Shown piece by piece: positions 11,263-25,059 of a DNA stretch of 64,000 nucleotides. Numbering within the stretch: position 1 is the first letter of the stretch; each line of letters begins with the position of its first letter. The notes under the pieces are model-generated. The model saw only the letters and a program-made list of their open reading frames with translations. It was not told where the DNA came from and did not search any database. This stretch comes from Octopus sinensis (taxonomy: Eukaryota). Location: NCBI RefSeq assembly GCF_006345805.1, contig NC_042997.1:209622001-209686000 (forward strand), read 5' to 3'. A program made the position numbers and the translations under genes.

Positions 11263-11863
11263 TATATATATTGGCCTGCTCGCTTAGCCAGCAGGGTGGC
11301 GTCATTTGAAGGCTAAAACAATGCGAAGCGCATTGTGACCAGCGATGTGTAGCAACATCTGATAGCCTGGTCGGTCATGGTGGTGGTGGTGGTGGTGATA
11401 TATATATATATATTTCTCTTTGTAATCACTTGATTTGTAAGAAATGATAGTCAAATCTCCCTCAACTCACACTCTACTGTCCTATAAGAAGATTGATTCA
11501 GTGGATGCTGTAGTACCAGTTATACTATATCTGAAAATAAGACCCAGTGGTCATGGTTGGATGATCTTTGTCCATAAATCTGCGAATCAGGGCCAACATC
11601 AATTATGTTTTTATTCCCAGCTTCATCATCCCGAAGTCAGACCATTGCTTCTCTACCGTGACTCTTTCTCTCTCTCTCTCTTCTCTGTCTTCCTTCTCTC
11701 TCTTCTGTCTCTCTCTCTCTCTCCCCATTCCTTTCCTCTTTCCCCCAATTTTGTAGCCATGGAGACTTGTGACCTCTAACCCATGGTTTTACTTCAGTAT
11801 ATTTCTGAGTCAGACTTGGTGTCTGTGGTTAAGTAGACTGAAATCTATGAATCATAGACAAAG

Positions 11864-11945
<82 letters not shown>

Positions 11946-12313
11946 GTTAGTTGCTGAGTCCTCTCTGGACACTTGCTCACTCCCCATTGGCCAGCTGAAC
12001 CACCACCACCACCCTCTCCTTTTTGGCCAGATGCTCTGCTTGCCATTGTTGTGCATTGCGACCTCACTCACACATTCATGTACGCACACACATACATGTA
12101 TGCACACACGCACTCACACATACACATCCATGCATGCGTGCATATACATACACATACACACACACACACAAACACACACACATCCACACTTACACACATG
12201 TATACACACACGCACTCACACACACACATGCATGTATGCATGCACATACATACACACACATGTATACACACACGCACTCACACACACACATGCATGCATG
12301 TGCGCATATACAT

Positions 12314-12344
<31 letters not shown>

Positions 12345-13307
12345 CACAGTTAGCAAATACTCTGAGCTAAGTATGTGTGTATGTTGCCTGACCCCATCAT
12401 GACCCCTACTTCCACTCCCACCTGATGCAACTTATTATTACAAATGCTCCAGCTGGACACGTCTAATGCAGTGTTCAGTTGGACATTGTGTGGTCTGTAT
12501 TGTATGGCACAGTGCTTGTGTGTTGTGTGGTTCAAGGCTGGTGGTGTTGGGATGATAGCCGTCTTGGGAGGGAGGCGGTGGGACTGTATGGCTCAAGGGT
12601 GGGGAGTTTTGTACAAGGTTATACAGTGTTGCAAGGGGGTGTGGCTAGACTGGATGTTTGGTGTGTTGTGGTGCTAATGGTATGAGTGAGTGGGTGGTTC
12701 GGGGTGGGGGGAGGGTACCACGACGCTGCAGTGTCATTAATGGAATTACAATATGATGGATGCTTAAAGAAAACCATTTCTGTAAAATCTGTCGAGCATA
12801 TAAACAGGTTTGATTAAGTGCATAGTCCATGTTAAATTGGTAAATGATGGTTCCTGCTCTTGACTCTAGAAAAGCAAGATTTCATTTTCAGACCCCCACC
12901 TCCCCCCACCACGTTTCTATGGAGACCATCTCTCTTGGTTGCATGAATCATATTTTCTGTAAAGAAGTACTTAAGTTGTTCTCTTTCGTAACACTTGTAC
13001 TGAAGCATTTACCATTCTCGGTACCATGGTTATAGGTTGGTGCAGGTAATGTTATGTGTAAAGAGTGCTTGCTTTGCAAATCAAGTTGTCCTGGGTTCAA
13101 TTTCACTGAATAGAATTTTGGGTAAATGTCTTCCACTGTAGTCTTGGGTTGATCAATGTCTTGGACGTGGAATTTGGTAGATGGGAACTGTCCAGAAGTC
13201 CATTTGCATCTGCCCAGTACAGTGTCTAAAGTGGTTAGCATTAAGGTCATCCAGCTATAGAAACCATGCCAAAACAGACTCTGGAACCGGATGTGGCTCC
13301 TGGCTTT

Positions 13308-14377
13308 GCCAGTTCCTGTCAAACCGTCCAATCCATGCCAGTTCCTGTCAAACCGTCCAACCCATGCCAGTTCCTGTCAAACTGTCCAACCCATGTCAGT
13401 TCCTGTCAAACTGTCCAACCCATGCCAGTTCCTGTCAAACCGTCCGACCCATGCCAGTTCCTGTCAAACCGTCCGACCCATGCCAGTTCCTGTCAAACTG
13501 TCCAACCCATGCCAGTTCCTGTCAAACCGTCCAACCCATGCCAGTTCCTGTCAAACCGTCCAACCCATGCCAGTTCCTGTCAAACCGTCCGACCCGTGCC
13601 AGTTCCTGTCAAACCGTCCGACCCGTGCCAGTTCCTGTCAAACCGTCCGACCCGTGCCAGTTCCTGTCAAACCGTCCGACCCGTGCCAGTTCCTGTCAAA
13701 CCGTCTGACCCGTGCCAGTTCCTGTCCAACCTGTGCCAGTTCCTGTCAAACCGTCCAACCCATGCCAGTTCCTGTCAAACTGTCCAACCCATGCCAGTTC
13801 CTGTCAAACTGTCCAACCCATGCCAGTTCCTGTCAAACCGTCCAACCCATGCCAGTTCCTGTCAAACCGTCTGACCCATGCCAGTTCCTGTCAAACCGTC
13901 TGACCCATGCCAGTTCCTGTCAAACCGTCCGACCCATGCCAGTTCCTGTCAAACCGTCCAACCCATGCCAGTTCCTGTCAAACCGTCCAACCCATGCCAG
14001 TTCCTGTCAAACCGTCCAACCCATGCCAGTTCCTGTCAAACCGTCCAACCCATGCCAGTTCCTGTCAAACCATCCAACCCATGCCAGTTCCTGTCAAACC
14101 GTCTGACCCATGCCAGTTCCTGTCAAACCGTCCAACCCATGCCAGTTCCTGTCAAACCGTCCGACCCATGCCAGTTCCTGTCAAACCGTCCGACCCATGC
14201 CAGTTCCTGTCAAACCGTCCGACCCATGCCAGTTCCTGTCAAACCGTCCGACCCATGCCAGTTCCTGTCAAACCGTCCGACCCATGCCAGTTCCTGTCAA
14301 ACCGTCCGACCCATGCCAGTTCCTGTCAAACCGTCCAACCCATGCCAGTTCCTGTCAAATCGTCCAACCCATGCCAG
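13308..14377 (+). repeat. 29-bp minisatellite (about 37 units) inside an RTE 3'-end copy
   Basis: The unit is gccagttcctgtcaaaccgtccaacccat; the flanks continue as normal RTE 3' UTR and (GAT)n tail. Confidence 0.95.
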
Positions 14378-16328
14378 CATGGAAAAATGGATGTTAAATG
14401 ATGATAATGATGTATAAAGCAGTGACACAGTGTATCTCTTTATGTCAGTCATAACTTAGCCATTCAATAAACAGAGATTGATAAAATACGTATCAGACAG
14501 AAATAAGAATAGAGTAGGGATGGACTGAAAATCTTGAAGGTGGTGCTCCAGCAGGGTCACAATTTAGTGACTGAAACAATTAAAAATCATCATTTAATGT
14601 CTGCTTTCCATGCTGGCATGGGTTGGATAGTTTGACTGTAGGCTGGCAAGCCAGGAGTCTGCACCAGGCTCCAATCTGAACTGGCAGTGTTTCTACAGCT
14701 GGATGCCCTTCTTAATGCCAACCACTCTGAGAGTGTAGTGGGTACTTTTTATGTGCCACCGGCATGAGGGCCAGTCAGGCAGTACTGGCATTGACTATGC
14801 TCGAATGGTGCTTTTTATGTGCCACTGCCATTGGACCAGTCAGGCAGCATTGGCAACAACCATGCTCGAATGGTGCTTTTAATGTGCCACTGGCATGGGA
14901 GCCAGTCTGGTGAGACTGGCATCGACCACGCTCAAATGGTGCTTTTTATGTGCCATCAGTACAAGTACCAGTCAGGTTATACTGGCATCATTATCATCAT
15001 CATTGTTTAACGTCTGTTTTCCATGCTGGCAAGCCAGATGGCTGCACCAGGCCCCAATCTGACCTGGCAAGGTTCTACAGCTGGATGCCCTTCCTAACGC
15101 CAACCACTCCGAGAGTGTAGTGGGTGCATTTTACATGCCACCAGCACAAGAATCTGGTCTTGGATTGAACCTGAAACCACATGGTCATGAAGTAAACATC
15201 TTAACCGGCACCCATACTGAATTTTACACAAAACCACTGCAACAACAACCACAACAACACTATCCACCCCACTGATACTAAGCCGTGAAGAATGGGATGT
15301 AAAATGGTGGAAATCGTGTTAGATTAGTGTAGTTTATTAATGATTTGAGATGATTAACTGATTAAATCCTAATAACCTGTTGACTTAATTCGAACGGCTC
15401 TTCTCTAAGCTGTAATTTCAGCTGTTACACTTAGTAACCATCCTCCCACCCTCGTCTATTCGTGAGGAGGACGAGAATGGTGAGGATGTTTACACAGCAT
15501 AAACAAGGTATTGTTGGTTATAGGTTGTTTTTGTTGTATTTGTTTCTTCTCCTCCTGACGACATTCAATCAACTCTAAACAACATCCGAATAATTTGTCT
15601 TATGTGTATGTTTTTTTTTCTTTTCTTTTTTTTAATTTTCTTTTTTTTTTATCACTCTTCTTGATCTTGTCTCAGTTTTTTACTCAGCAGCCATGTTGGG
15701 ACACTACCTCCAAGGATTTTAGTCAAACAAATCGATTCCAGTACTTGGCCTTTTTGTTTTTTTCTAAAGCCTGGTACTTATTCTATCAGTCTCTCTTGTC
15801 GAACTGCTTAGTTACAGTGACGTAAATAAATGAATACCAGTTGTCGAACAGTGGTGAGGAACAGACACAAACACTCACACACACACACACACACAAATGT
15901 ATACATGCATATGTATCAGGGACATGCCACCTAGGTAGGAAAGGTAGGCACTGCCTACCTTGAATAAAGAAGATCGATAGCAACATTTTCCTTTTATGGT
16001 ATAATATGCACCTACTTCAATAAAATCATGAAGGTTACTCTGATTACTGTGCATAAAATACAAAATATTTTACTTTTTTGTAGATTAGGTAGGCATAATT
16101 CTCCCCTGCTTTTCAATCTCAGTATTAAAGCTACGCATAGTACTGCTGTAGTACTCATGTGCTGCGTATACTTTTACAAAACTGTTCTTTTTAAGTGCTT
16201 TAAAAGCAGTTGGAAATCAGCCTCCGACTCGTGCACCTGTGTGTCACTTATTTTTTGTGTGTTTTACTACATAAAGGTCACTAACCGCCTGCCCTGAGTA
16301 ATTACTGACAGCATGTGCCTGATATGTA

Positions 16329-16364
<36 letters not shown>

Positions 16365-16400
16365 AATTGATCAAAATAAAAACATGATGCCAAGGATTCA

Positions 16401-16478
16401 GCGGTACATATGTTTCGGGCCTTTATTAGACAGATTTATAACAATGCATAATGTATGTCTGTGGCCTTCTTCAGCCGC
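16401..16478 (-). ncRNA. Type I hammerhead ribozyme motif, family F4 (left arm)
   Basis: Exact reverse complement of 16743-16820. Confidence 0.75.
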
Positions 16479-16742
16479 GCACAACAACTTCCACAAGGAC
16501 GTGTGTTACATCAACAATTCTTGGTTGGGGATGCAAATCCTCTCATTCGCGTACAACATAATGCGGCAACAGCATAGAATTGAAGCGTCCATCTCTTTCT
16601 TCTCATTCTACATTGAGAGAAGAAAGAGATGGACGCTTCAATTCTATGCTGTTGCCGCATTATGTTGTACGCGAATGAGAGGATTTGCATCCCCAACCAA
16701 GAATTGTTGATGTAACACACGTCCTTGTGGAAGTTGTTGTGC

Positions 16743-16820
16743 GCGGCTGAAGAAGGCCACAGACATACATTATGCATTGTTATAAATCTGTCTAATAAAG
16801 GCCCGAAACATATGTACCGC
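16743..16820 (+). ncRNA. Type I hammerhead ribozyme motif, family F4 (right arm)
   Basis: GCGG-CTGAAGA(16747-16753)-A-GGCC...GGCC-C-GAAA(16805-16808)-CATATG-TA-CCGC. Stem I is GCGG/CCGC, stem III is the palindrome ACATATGT, and the triplet is GUA. Confidence 0.75.
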
Positions 16821-16949
16821 TGAATCCTTGGCATCATGTTTTTATTTTGATCAATTTACTCCACCTCCTACACCACCAAACGGTATACACAGGTGCTTAT
16901 AATTATCAAGTACTCACCCCGAATTTCTGTACTCAACTATATATATATG

Positions 16950-16985
<36 letters not shown>

Positions 16986-19454
16986 TGTATATACATATAT
17001 ATATATATATATATATTGAACATACATATGATGATGATGATGATGCAGCTGTTAATCCAGACCCAGTTTTTTTATCTCTCCATTTTCTTTTCCTCTCTCC
17101 ATCTGTTTTCTCTCCTCATTCCTCTCTGTAGAAGAGCGTAGGCTCCAATCACCAAAAACTTCTTCCGTTTTACCTGAGTGTCAAACTAATACACCTTGTT
17201 TGTTGTTTCCTCACCTGTCTCGGTCATCATCATCATCTAACGTCTGCTTTCCATGCTGGCATGGGTGGGATGGTTTGACAGGAGCCAGCCAGGCAGAAGC
17301 CTGCACCAGACTTCTGTGACTGTTTTGGCAGGATTTTTACTGCTGGATGCCCTTTCTAACACCAGCCACTCAGCAGAGCATATGTCATCATCATCATCAT
17401 CATTGTTTAATGTCCACTCTCCATGCTAGCTTGGGTTGGACGATTTGACTGAGGACTGGTAAACCAGATGGCTGCACCAGGCTTCAGTCTTGATCTGGCA
17501 GAGTTTCTACAGCTGGATGCCTAACGCCAACCACTCCGAGAGTGTAGTGGGTGCTTTTACGTGCCACCGGCACGAGGGCCAGTCAGGCAGTACTGGCAAT
17601 GGCTACGAAAATATCCTTTTGGTTTTTTTTTTTTACGTGTCACCTGCATATTGGCACAAGTGCCAGTAAGGCAATGCTGGTAATGATCGAATGGTGCTTT
17701 TTATGTGCCAGTTAGCTGCTCTGGCAATGATCACGCTTGGATGGTGCTCTAAGCAGACTGACCAGATTATCAGATGTTGTTTCACATTACTGGTCACAAT
17801 GCACTTTGCATTGTTTTTGATCTTCAGCCCATGGGCTAGGTGACCAGGTCGACACCCCCCCCCCCCCCGCTTGAAAGGGGGACTGGAGCAATGAAGTGTT
17901 TTGCTCAAGAATACCACATGCCACCCAGTTTGAGAACTGAACTCATGATTTAGTGATTGTGAGTGTGACAGTCTAACCACCAGGTCACATGGCTTCATGT
18001 ATACTATATATATGTGTGTGTAAGGCGCCGAGTGAAATGCTTTGCGGTCTTTCATCTGTCGTTGCGTTCTGAGTTCAAATTCTGCCGAGGTCGACTTTGC
18101 TTTTCATCCTCTTGGGGTCGATAAAGTACCAGTTTTGCACTGGATCGATGTAATCAACTTAATCCCTTTGTCTGTCCTTGTTTGTCCCCTCTATGTTTAG
18201 CCCCTTGTGGGTAGTTAAGAAATATATATATATGTGTGTGTGTGTATACATACACACACACACACACACACAATAGGCTCCCCTACAGTTTCCATCTATC
18301 AAATTCATTCACAAGCTATTGGTTTGCTAAAGGGCTATAATAGAAGACACTAAAGCACTTTTTTGAAGGCACCACACAATGGGATTGAACCCACAACCAC
18401 AAGGTTGCAAAACAGGTTTCTTGACCACAAAGCTATGTCTGCATGTTTTACACATTCTATTTAATCAATGTCGTTGTGTTTTTCTATTTGAAAAAAAAAA
18501 AAAACTTTTTTGTTGTTTTTCTTGTTTCCAACTTGATTCCGAGCTGTTATTGTTTTTTTTTTGTGTGTGTGTGTGTTTATTTGCTTGTTTAAGCAGTTAT
18601 TTACGACTCATGAATCACCAATTTACAGGAATATATATATTTTTTCCTTCACTGTTTAACGATCGCTCTTAAATTAAACAACTAGGTTACTAAGATGAAG
18701 TTTTCGCTGCTGTGTCTCTGCTTTTTGTTATCGTTATTTTTTCTCATTAAACACACATACACGCGCATGCGTGTATACTGTCTACGGTGGCGCTGAAGAC
18801 GGCGAATGTCTTTTACCACAAAAACTTGATATTCTCTTTAAATGTGTAAGGAATATATTAAAAAGAAAAGAAAGGACAGAAGCAAACAAACCGCCCTGCC
18901 TACCATCTGTAGACAAACTGAAGCCATTCTGAAGAATACAGTATTATATTTACTCTGACATACATGGATTGTTCAAAGTAAATGTATCAGAATACGGAAT
19001 ATTGATTATTTTCTATCACTGATAATTATTTAACAATTCCCGCTAATAATTGTCTCTCTCTCTCTCTCTTTCTCTCTCTCTCCTTATCGAAACATTCTTT
19101 TCATTATTCTAAAAATGTTCTCTATTATTCTACATATTGATGTGCTAAACTCTGGTTTAACAAAAAAATTTCTTTTTTATTTGGTGTTGTTGTTGTTGTG
19201 GTGGTAGTTGTTATGGTGATGGCTGTTTTTCTATTCGCCATGGTTATTGTTGTTGTTTTGGTGGTAGTGGTTATAGTGGTGATTGTTGTGGTCAGGGTGA
19301 TGTTTGCAGTGGTGGTAGTGGTTGTATGATTATGGTAATCGTTGCAGTTATGATTGTGATGGTCGCAGCAGTTGGTGTTGTGGTAGTGGTTGTTACTTGC
19401 ATTGTTGTTGTTGCTGTGGTAGTAGTGATAGTTATTATTATTATTATTATTCTT

Positions 19455-19828
19455 AAGGTGGTGAGCTGGCAGAATCATTAACACACCAGACAAAATGCTT
19501 GGCAGCATTTCATCCGTCTTTGTGTTCTGAGTTCAAATTCCGCTGAGGTCAACTTTGCCTTTTATCCTTTTGGGGTCAGTAAAATAAGTACCAGAGGGCG
19601 GCAAGCTGGCAGAAACCTTAGCATGCTGGGCGAAATGCTTAGCGGTATTTTGTCTGCCGCTACGTTCTGAGTTCAAATTCCGCTGAGGTCGACTTTGCCT
19701 TTCATCCTTTCGGGGTCAATTAAATAAGTACCAGTTACGCACTGGGGTGGATGTAATTGACTTAATCTCTTTATCTGTCTTTGTTTGTCCCCTCTATGTT
19801 TAACCCCCTGTGGGCAGTAAAGAAATAA
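19455..19828 (+). mobile_element. SINE family B tandem dimer
   Basis: Two consecutive copies, each with its own head. Confidence 0.8.
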
Positions 19829-21283
19829 AAAACTATAATTGATTTACCCCCTACTCCCAAAATTGCTGGCCTTGTGCCAAAATGTGAAGTTATTATTATC
19901 AAAATGGCGAGCTAGCAGAGTTGTTAACGTGCTGAACAAAATGTTTAGCAGTATGTCAACTTTACCTGTCTTCCTTGTGGGGGTCGATGAAATAAATAGC
20001 ACTTGGGCACTAGGGATTGTTGTAATCAACTGGACCTCCATCCCTTGTCCAAAATTTCAAGTCTTGTGGCTGCAGCAGAAAAGATTCTTATGGTCATTGT
20101 TGTTGTAGGGATAGTGGTGGTGGAAGGTCAGCCTCTCACCTTTCTCTTTTAGTGGTCTCCAAGACTGATAGCAACATCATCATCATCATCGTTTAACGTC
20201 CGTTTTCCATGCTGGCATGGGTTGGACGGTTTGACTGAGGACTGGTGAGCCACAAGGCTGCACCAGACTCAATCTGATGTCACAGAGTTTCTACAGCTGG
20301 ATGCCCTTCCTAATGCCAACTACCCCGAGAGTGTAGTGGGTGCTTTTTACGTGCCACCGGCATGAGGGCCAGTCAGGTGGTACTGACAATGACCACGCTC
20401 AAATGGTGTTTTTTACATGCCACTGGCACACGTGCCGGTAAGGCAATGCTGGCAACGATCACGCTTGAATGGTGCTTTTCACATGTCACCAGCACGGGAG
20501 CCAATCTGTGGCCCTGGCAACAATCATGCTTGGATGTGCTTTGAACGTTCCACTGGCACGAGTGCCAATCAGGTGGTACTATCATTGACCACGTCAGCGA
20601 TTTTGATTTGTTTACGCTTGCCACAATTGGTCTTTGCAAGCACAGTTCATTGTCCAATGAATGAGGGGTACTCATAAGTGGGCTGGTTACCTGGAATGTT
20701 TGCAAGAGAGTGGATTCTGATAAGCCAGGAGGAGGTGGTGGTGGTGGCGGTGATGAAAGTGGTGGTAAAGTAGGTTTAGGTTGTAGTGGTGGTGTGAAGT
20801 GATGTTTGTGTCCCTGAGATTGACCTCCACCCACCAAGAGGATCCCCTCCGTAGAAAAAGTTCATGAATAGAGAAACTATTATAATTAATGCTAGATGTT
20901 ACCCTAAGTTTTATCAATTACAAAGATCTGGTCCTTATTTTAATCCTTTCCTTTATCCTCATCCTTTTAACGTCCTCTTTTCCATGCTGGCATGGGTTGG
21001 ATGGCGTTTACTGAGGCAGATTTTCTATGGAAAGATACTTTTTCTGTTGCCATCCTTTTGTGCCAAGCAGCATAATATTTCTCTATACTGGAAATTGATA
21101 CAACAATCATGCAGTGTCAAGACACACACACACACATAACAGGCTTCTTTCAGTTTCCATTTATCAAGTCCACTGTGGTAGGTCTGGGGCTATAGTAAAA
21201 GACACTTACCCAAGGTGCCTCAGAGTGGGACTGAACCTGACACCATGAGATTGGAAGCAAACTTAATGTTAAATTGAATTTAG

Positions 21284-21463
21284 GAGTAAAGATAATTTGC
21301 CAACGTAACATGGCAGTCCTGGATTAAGACGAGTGTTGCTGTAATTTAGACGATGTCTCCTGGGGCTAAATTACAGCAACATTCGTCCTAAACCAGGACT
21401 GCCATGTTATGTTGGCAAACAATCTTTACTCCAGAGTTGTGAGATTTACAAATAGGAACTTTC
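21284..21463. mobile_element. Short foldback of PLE-like family F5 with a 14-bp flanking direct repeat
   Basis: Arms at about 21284-21346 / 21366-21432. TAAATTGAATTTAG occurs at 21270-21283 and 21464-21477. Confidence 0.65.
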
Positions 21464-21516
21464 TAAATTGAATTTAGTTATCATTATGGCAGATGAATGT
21501 TGGTTTCTTCTTTGTA

Positions 21517-23281
21517 CAAGGTGGCACCAAAAAGTTCCCAGTCTGGTTACATTTAATAAAAAATAACTAATTTACCTAAGTCTTAACATTTTCTCCTTTG
21601 AAATAGTTGCCTTGTACAGCAATACACTATTCCCAGCATTCCTACCACTTTTGGAATCTGGCCTGGAAGTCATTTTCTGTAAGCGAGTTGAGGACCTTCT
21701 GCGATTCACTCTGGATTTTGACAATGGTGACCTTTGGGCTGCATTTTCACCTTGGGGAAGAGATGGAAGTCCACAGGTGCTAAGTCTGGATAATAGGGCA
21801 GGTGCAGAAGCAGTACCATGTCGTTGTTGGTGAGAAACTCACGAGTGAGGAGAGCTCAGAGACAGGGTGTATTGTCATCGTTAAGAACCCAATTCTTTGT
21901 GCTCCACAGATCCGATCACTTTGGCCAAATGTCTTCCCTCAAATGCTCTGAGGGATGAATTCTTGATGCCCAATACCACATTTCCGGGGTGATGCTCATG
22001 GCAGGTATTCTAGATCGCTCATCGTCTTCTAGGGATATTCTTCCGGTGCCACTCGAAACATTGCATATGACCCACTGCCTTGTCACTTACTGCTTTACTC
22101 TTTTACTTGTCTCAGTCATTTGACTGTGGCCATGCTGGAGCACCGCCTTTAGTTGAGCAATTCGACCCCAGGACTTATTCTTTGTAAGCCTAGTACTTAT
22201 TCTATCGGTCGCTTTTGCCGAACAGCTAAGTGACGGGGACGTATATACACACCAGCATTGGTTGTCAAGCGATGTTGGGGGGACAAACATATACACACAC
22301 ACATACATATATCATCATCATCGTTTAACGTCCGCTTTCCATGCTAGCATGGGTTGGACGGTTCAACTGGGGTCTGGGGAGCCCGAAGGCTGCACCAGGC
22401 CAGTCAGATCTGGCAGTGTTTCTACAGCTGGATGCCCTTCCTAACGCCAACCACTCCGAGAGTGTAGTGGGTGATTTTATGTGCCACCGACACAGGTGCC
22501 AGACGAGGCTGGCGAACGGCCACGCTCGGATGGTGTTTTTTATGTGCCACCGACACAGGTGCCAGACGAGGCTGGCAGACGGCCACGCTCAGATGGTGTT
22601 TTTTATGTGCCACCGACACAGGTGCCAGATGAGGTTGGCAAACGGCCATGATTGGATGGTGTTTGTTACGTGCCCACAGCACGGAGGCCAGTCGGTGCGG
22701 TACTGGCTACGGCCACGTTCAGATGGTTTTCTTTTGTGCCACCGGCACTGGTACCACAAAGATACAAATTCCATTGATGTTCATCTATTTTGATTTGGTC
22801 TGATTTTCACTTGCCTCATATATATATAATGGGCTTCTTTCAGTTTCCATCTACCAAATCTACTCACAATGCCTTGGTCGAACTGAGGTTATAGTAGGAG
22901 ACACTTGGCCAAGGTGCCATGCAGTGGGACTGAACCCAGAACCATGTGGTTGGTAAGCAAGATACTTACCACACAGGCATTCCTGTGCCACTTGTTTAAG
23001 CATGTTGAATGTCTCTGTAGCAGACTTCCCAAATTTAATGCAAAATCTCACATTGGCACTTTGTTCCATCTTTCTGACTATGACAAAAATCGCAGACTAC
23101 AGCAAACTCTACTCCTGATCACAAAAACACAAATTTCACGACTTGTGAAGTAAATACAGCAATGTCACCTGTCACACTGCCTCATGAAGGTCACTGCTAG
23201 CTCTCACTGTACAAGCAACCGTGTGCTGCCATCTATTGGTGGGCTACAGAACTAGACCGGGAACTTTTTGATGCCACCTCG
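21517..23281 (-). mobile_element. Mariner transposon relic with both TIRs, internally deleted, with nested SINE and RTE insertions
   Basis: TIRs caaggtggcaccaaaaagttccc / gggaactttttgatgccacctcg, each flanked by TA. The N-terminal peptide MEQSANVRFCIKFGKSATETFNMLKQ ends at 23069. Confidence 0.85.
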
Positions 23282-23865
23282 TACATCAAAAGAAGGTGTA
23301 AAAAAAATACAAAAAACAAACAAAAAAAACAACTGCTCTCAAATGAATCTTTTAGTCCCATCCAATTAAAGTTATCCCTTGTTAATTTTGCATAAAATAT
23401 CATATCTGGTAATTCCACCCCCACCCATCCACCCCCCACCGTCATCATTAATGCCTTCCCACCATCCTTCAGTGATGTCAGTCATATTTGTCCTATGAAT
23501 GATGACAGAAAATATTGTAAGTTTTTTTTTTATTCTATTGGATTAAGCTGTTGTTAACGAGGCCTTACAAGTGACAATTATGAATTTATTAAGAATTATG
23601 GGTTCATTAAATGCAAAGCAAGAAATAATTTCTGTAATTAATTTTGCTTTTTATTTTTTATTATTTTTATTTTTGGTGTTTCAGAAAGTTTGAAAAAAAA
23701 ACTAAACAAGAAATTAACGAAAACAAAACTGTTGTCCGTTAACCAGAAATTATTTCTTTCAGATCTGTCGATTTTTTTATTCTGTTTGCATTTGACAACT
23801 TTCATTCTTGTTTTAGTCATTAGACTGAGGTCATGCTGGGGCACAACCTTGAATTTTAGCTGAAT

Positions 23866-24859
23866 GTGGTGGCCAGATCAAATGTTCAACTTCACTAGAA
23901 TGTTCCTCGTGCCATTCAGTAACAACTTTAGCTGTGTGAATTGGTGCATTATCATCCTGAAAGATTGCGTTTCCCTCTGGAAACAGTTCTGCAGCCATAG
24001 GATGAATTTGATCAGATAAAATGCTTAAATAATCTTGATAATTAATTCTGCCATGAAAGGAAACCATTGGGCTGGCGGATTTCCAAGATATGGCACCCCC
24101 AGATCATCACAGATCCTCCTCCATGTTTAACCGTTGGAAGAAGGCGTTCTGGCTCAAATGCTTCTTTTGGCTGTCTCCACACATATTCTTGGTCGGTGGT
24201 CAGAAACAAGGTAAAGGATGACTCGTCTGAGAAAATAACATTCTTCCACTGCTCTAGGGACCAATTTTTACTCCATTCTAAACTCTTTGCAACGTTTGTT
24301 TTTGAAAGTAATGGTTTTGTGATTGCAGCCCTCCCTTGAAATCTGGCTCTGTGCAGCTCCTGGCGAACAGTTTTTGTGGAAACTGGGTTCTTGAGGTGGT
24401 CATTAAGCTCTGCAGTAATTTTGGGAGCTGCACTTTTGTGATCCTTTCTAACAATTTGCGTAAGAGTCCAACAGTCCCTATCTGAAAGTTCTGGTTTTCT
24501 TCTGGAGTTTTGTTTCGCCGAGGAGGTTTTCCCCTCTTTCTCAAAGGTTGTCATTACTTTCAAGACAGTACTTCTTGATACACCAAACATTTCGGCTGTT
24601 TTCGTTACGCTAACGACTACCATCCAAGCACCAACAATTTGATCTCTTTGAAAGTCTGATAGATTTGTCATTTTAATGAATTTTAATTACTTTTTTCTGA
24701 TGATATCTGAAAAGAAACAGCAATTTTAGCAAAACATATTAAGCAACACTAATAATAAATCAAAAAGCATAAAAATAAACAAGCTTTTGATGGTTTTGCA
24801 GATATTTCAAATTATGAAGCTATAATGCTAGGTGTTTCCATTATTTTGTCCAACGCCTG
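23866..24859 (-). pseudogene. Tc1-family transposase (frameshifted, 3'-truncated) with 5' TIR
   Basis: ORFs 24042-24671 and 23831-24067 give VIFSDES, TVKHGGGSVMIWG, IFQDDNAPIH and WPP. TIR caggcgttggacaaaataatggaaacacc, flanked by TA. Confidence 0.95.
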
Positions 24860-25059
24860 TATATATGTGTTTGTCTTTACCACTGCTTGACAGCCTATGT
24901 TGGTGCATTTATGTTTCTGCAACTTAGAAGTTCAGCAAAAGAAAGTGATGAATAAGTACTAGATGTTTGAATGGAGGCAGATCGATGTGTGCTGCATTCA
25001 GGAAGTAAAGTGGAGGGGTGCTTTAGTCAGACTCCTCACAGGCAAAAAAAAAAAACAGG

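Larger units (their letters stand above)
16362..16859. repeat. Near-perfect palindrome of about 500 bp (PLE-like foldback, family F4)
   Basis: Arms of about 245 bp are reverse complements, with a short loop at about 16606-16613. The ORF track shows near-identical peptides on both strands. Confidence 0.95.

Noticed and set aside
12692-12715. G-quadruplex-capable run gggtggttcggggtggggggaggg
   Set aside because: Common in this low-complexity background, with no evidence of function.
13308-14377. Possible CRISPR-like array
   Set aside because: The units are contiguous with no unique spacers, and the context is eukaryotic.
13181-14417. Long repetitive ORFs (up to 271 aa, PVPVKPSNPCQFLS...)
   Set aside because: Translation of a 29-bp minisatellite derived from an RTE 3' UTR; open in all three frames.
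15422-15479. Possible + exon LLHLVTILPPSSIREEDEN
   Set aside because: Its phases (0 to 1) do not fit the neighbouring candidate exons without extra unseen exons.
16384-16837. Near-identical 108-aa ORFs on both strands
   Set aside because: A consequence of the palindrome; there is no evidence of coding.
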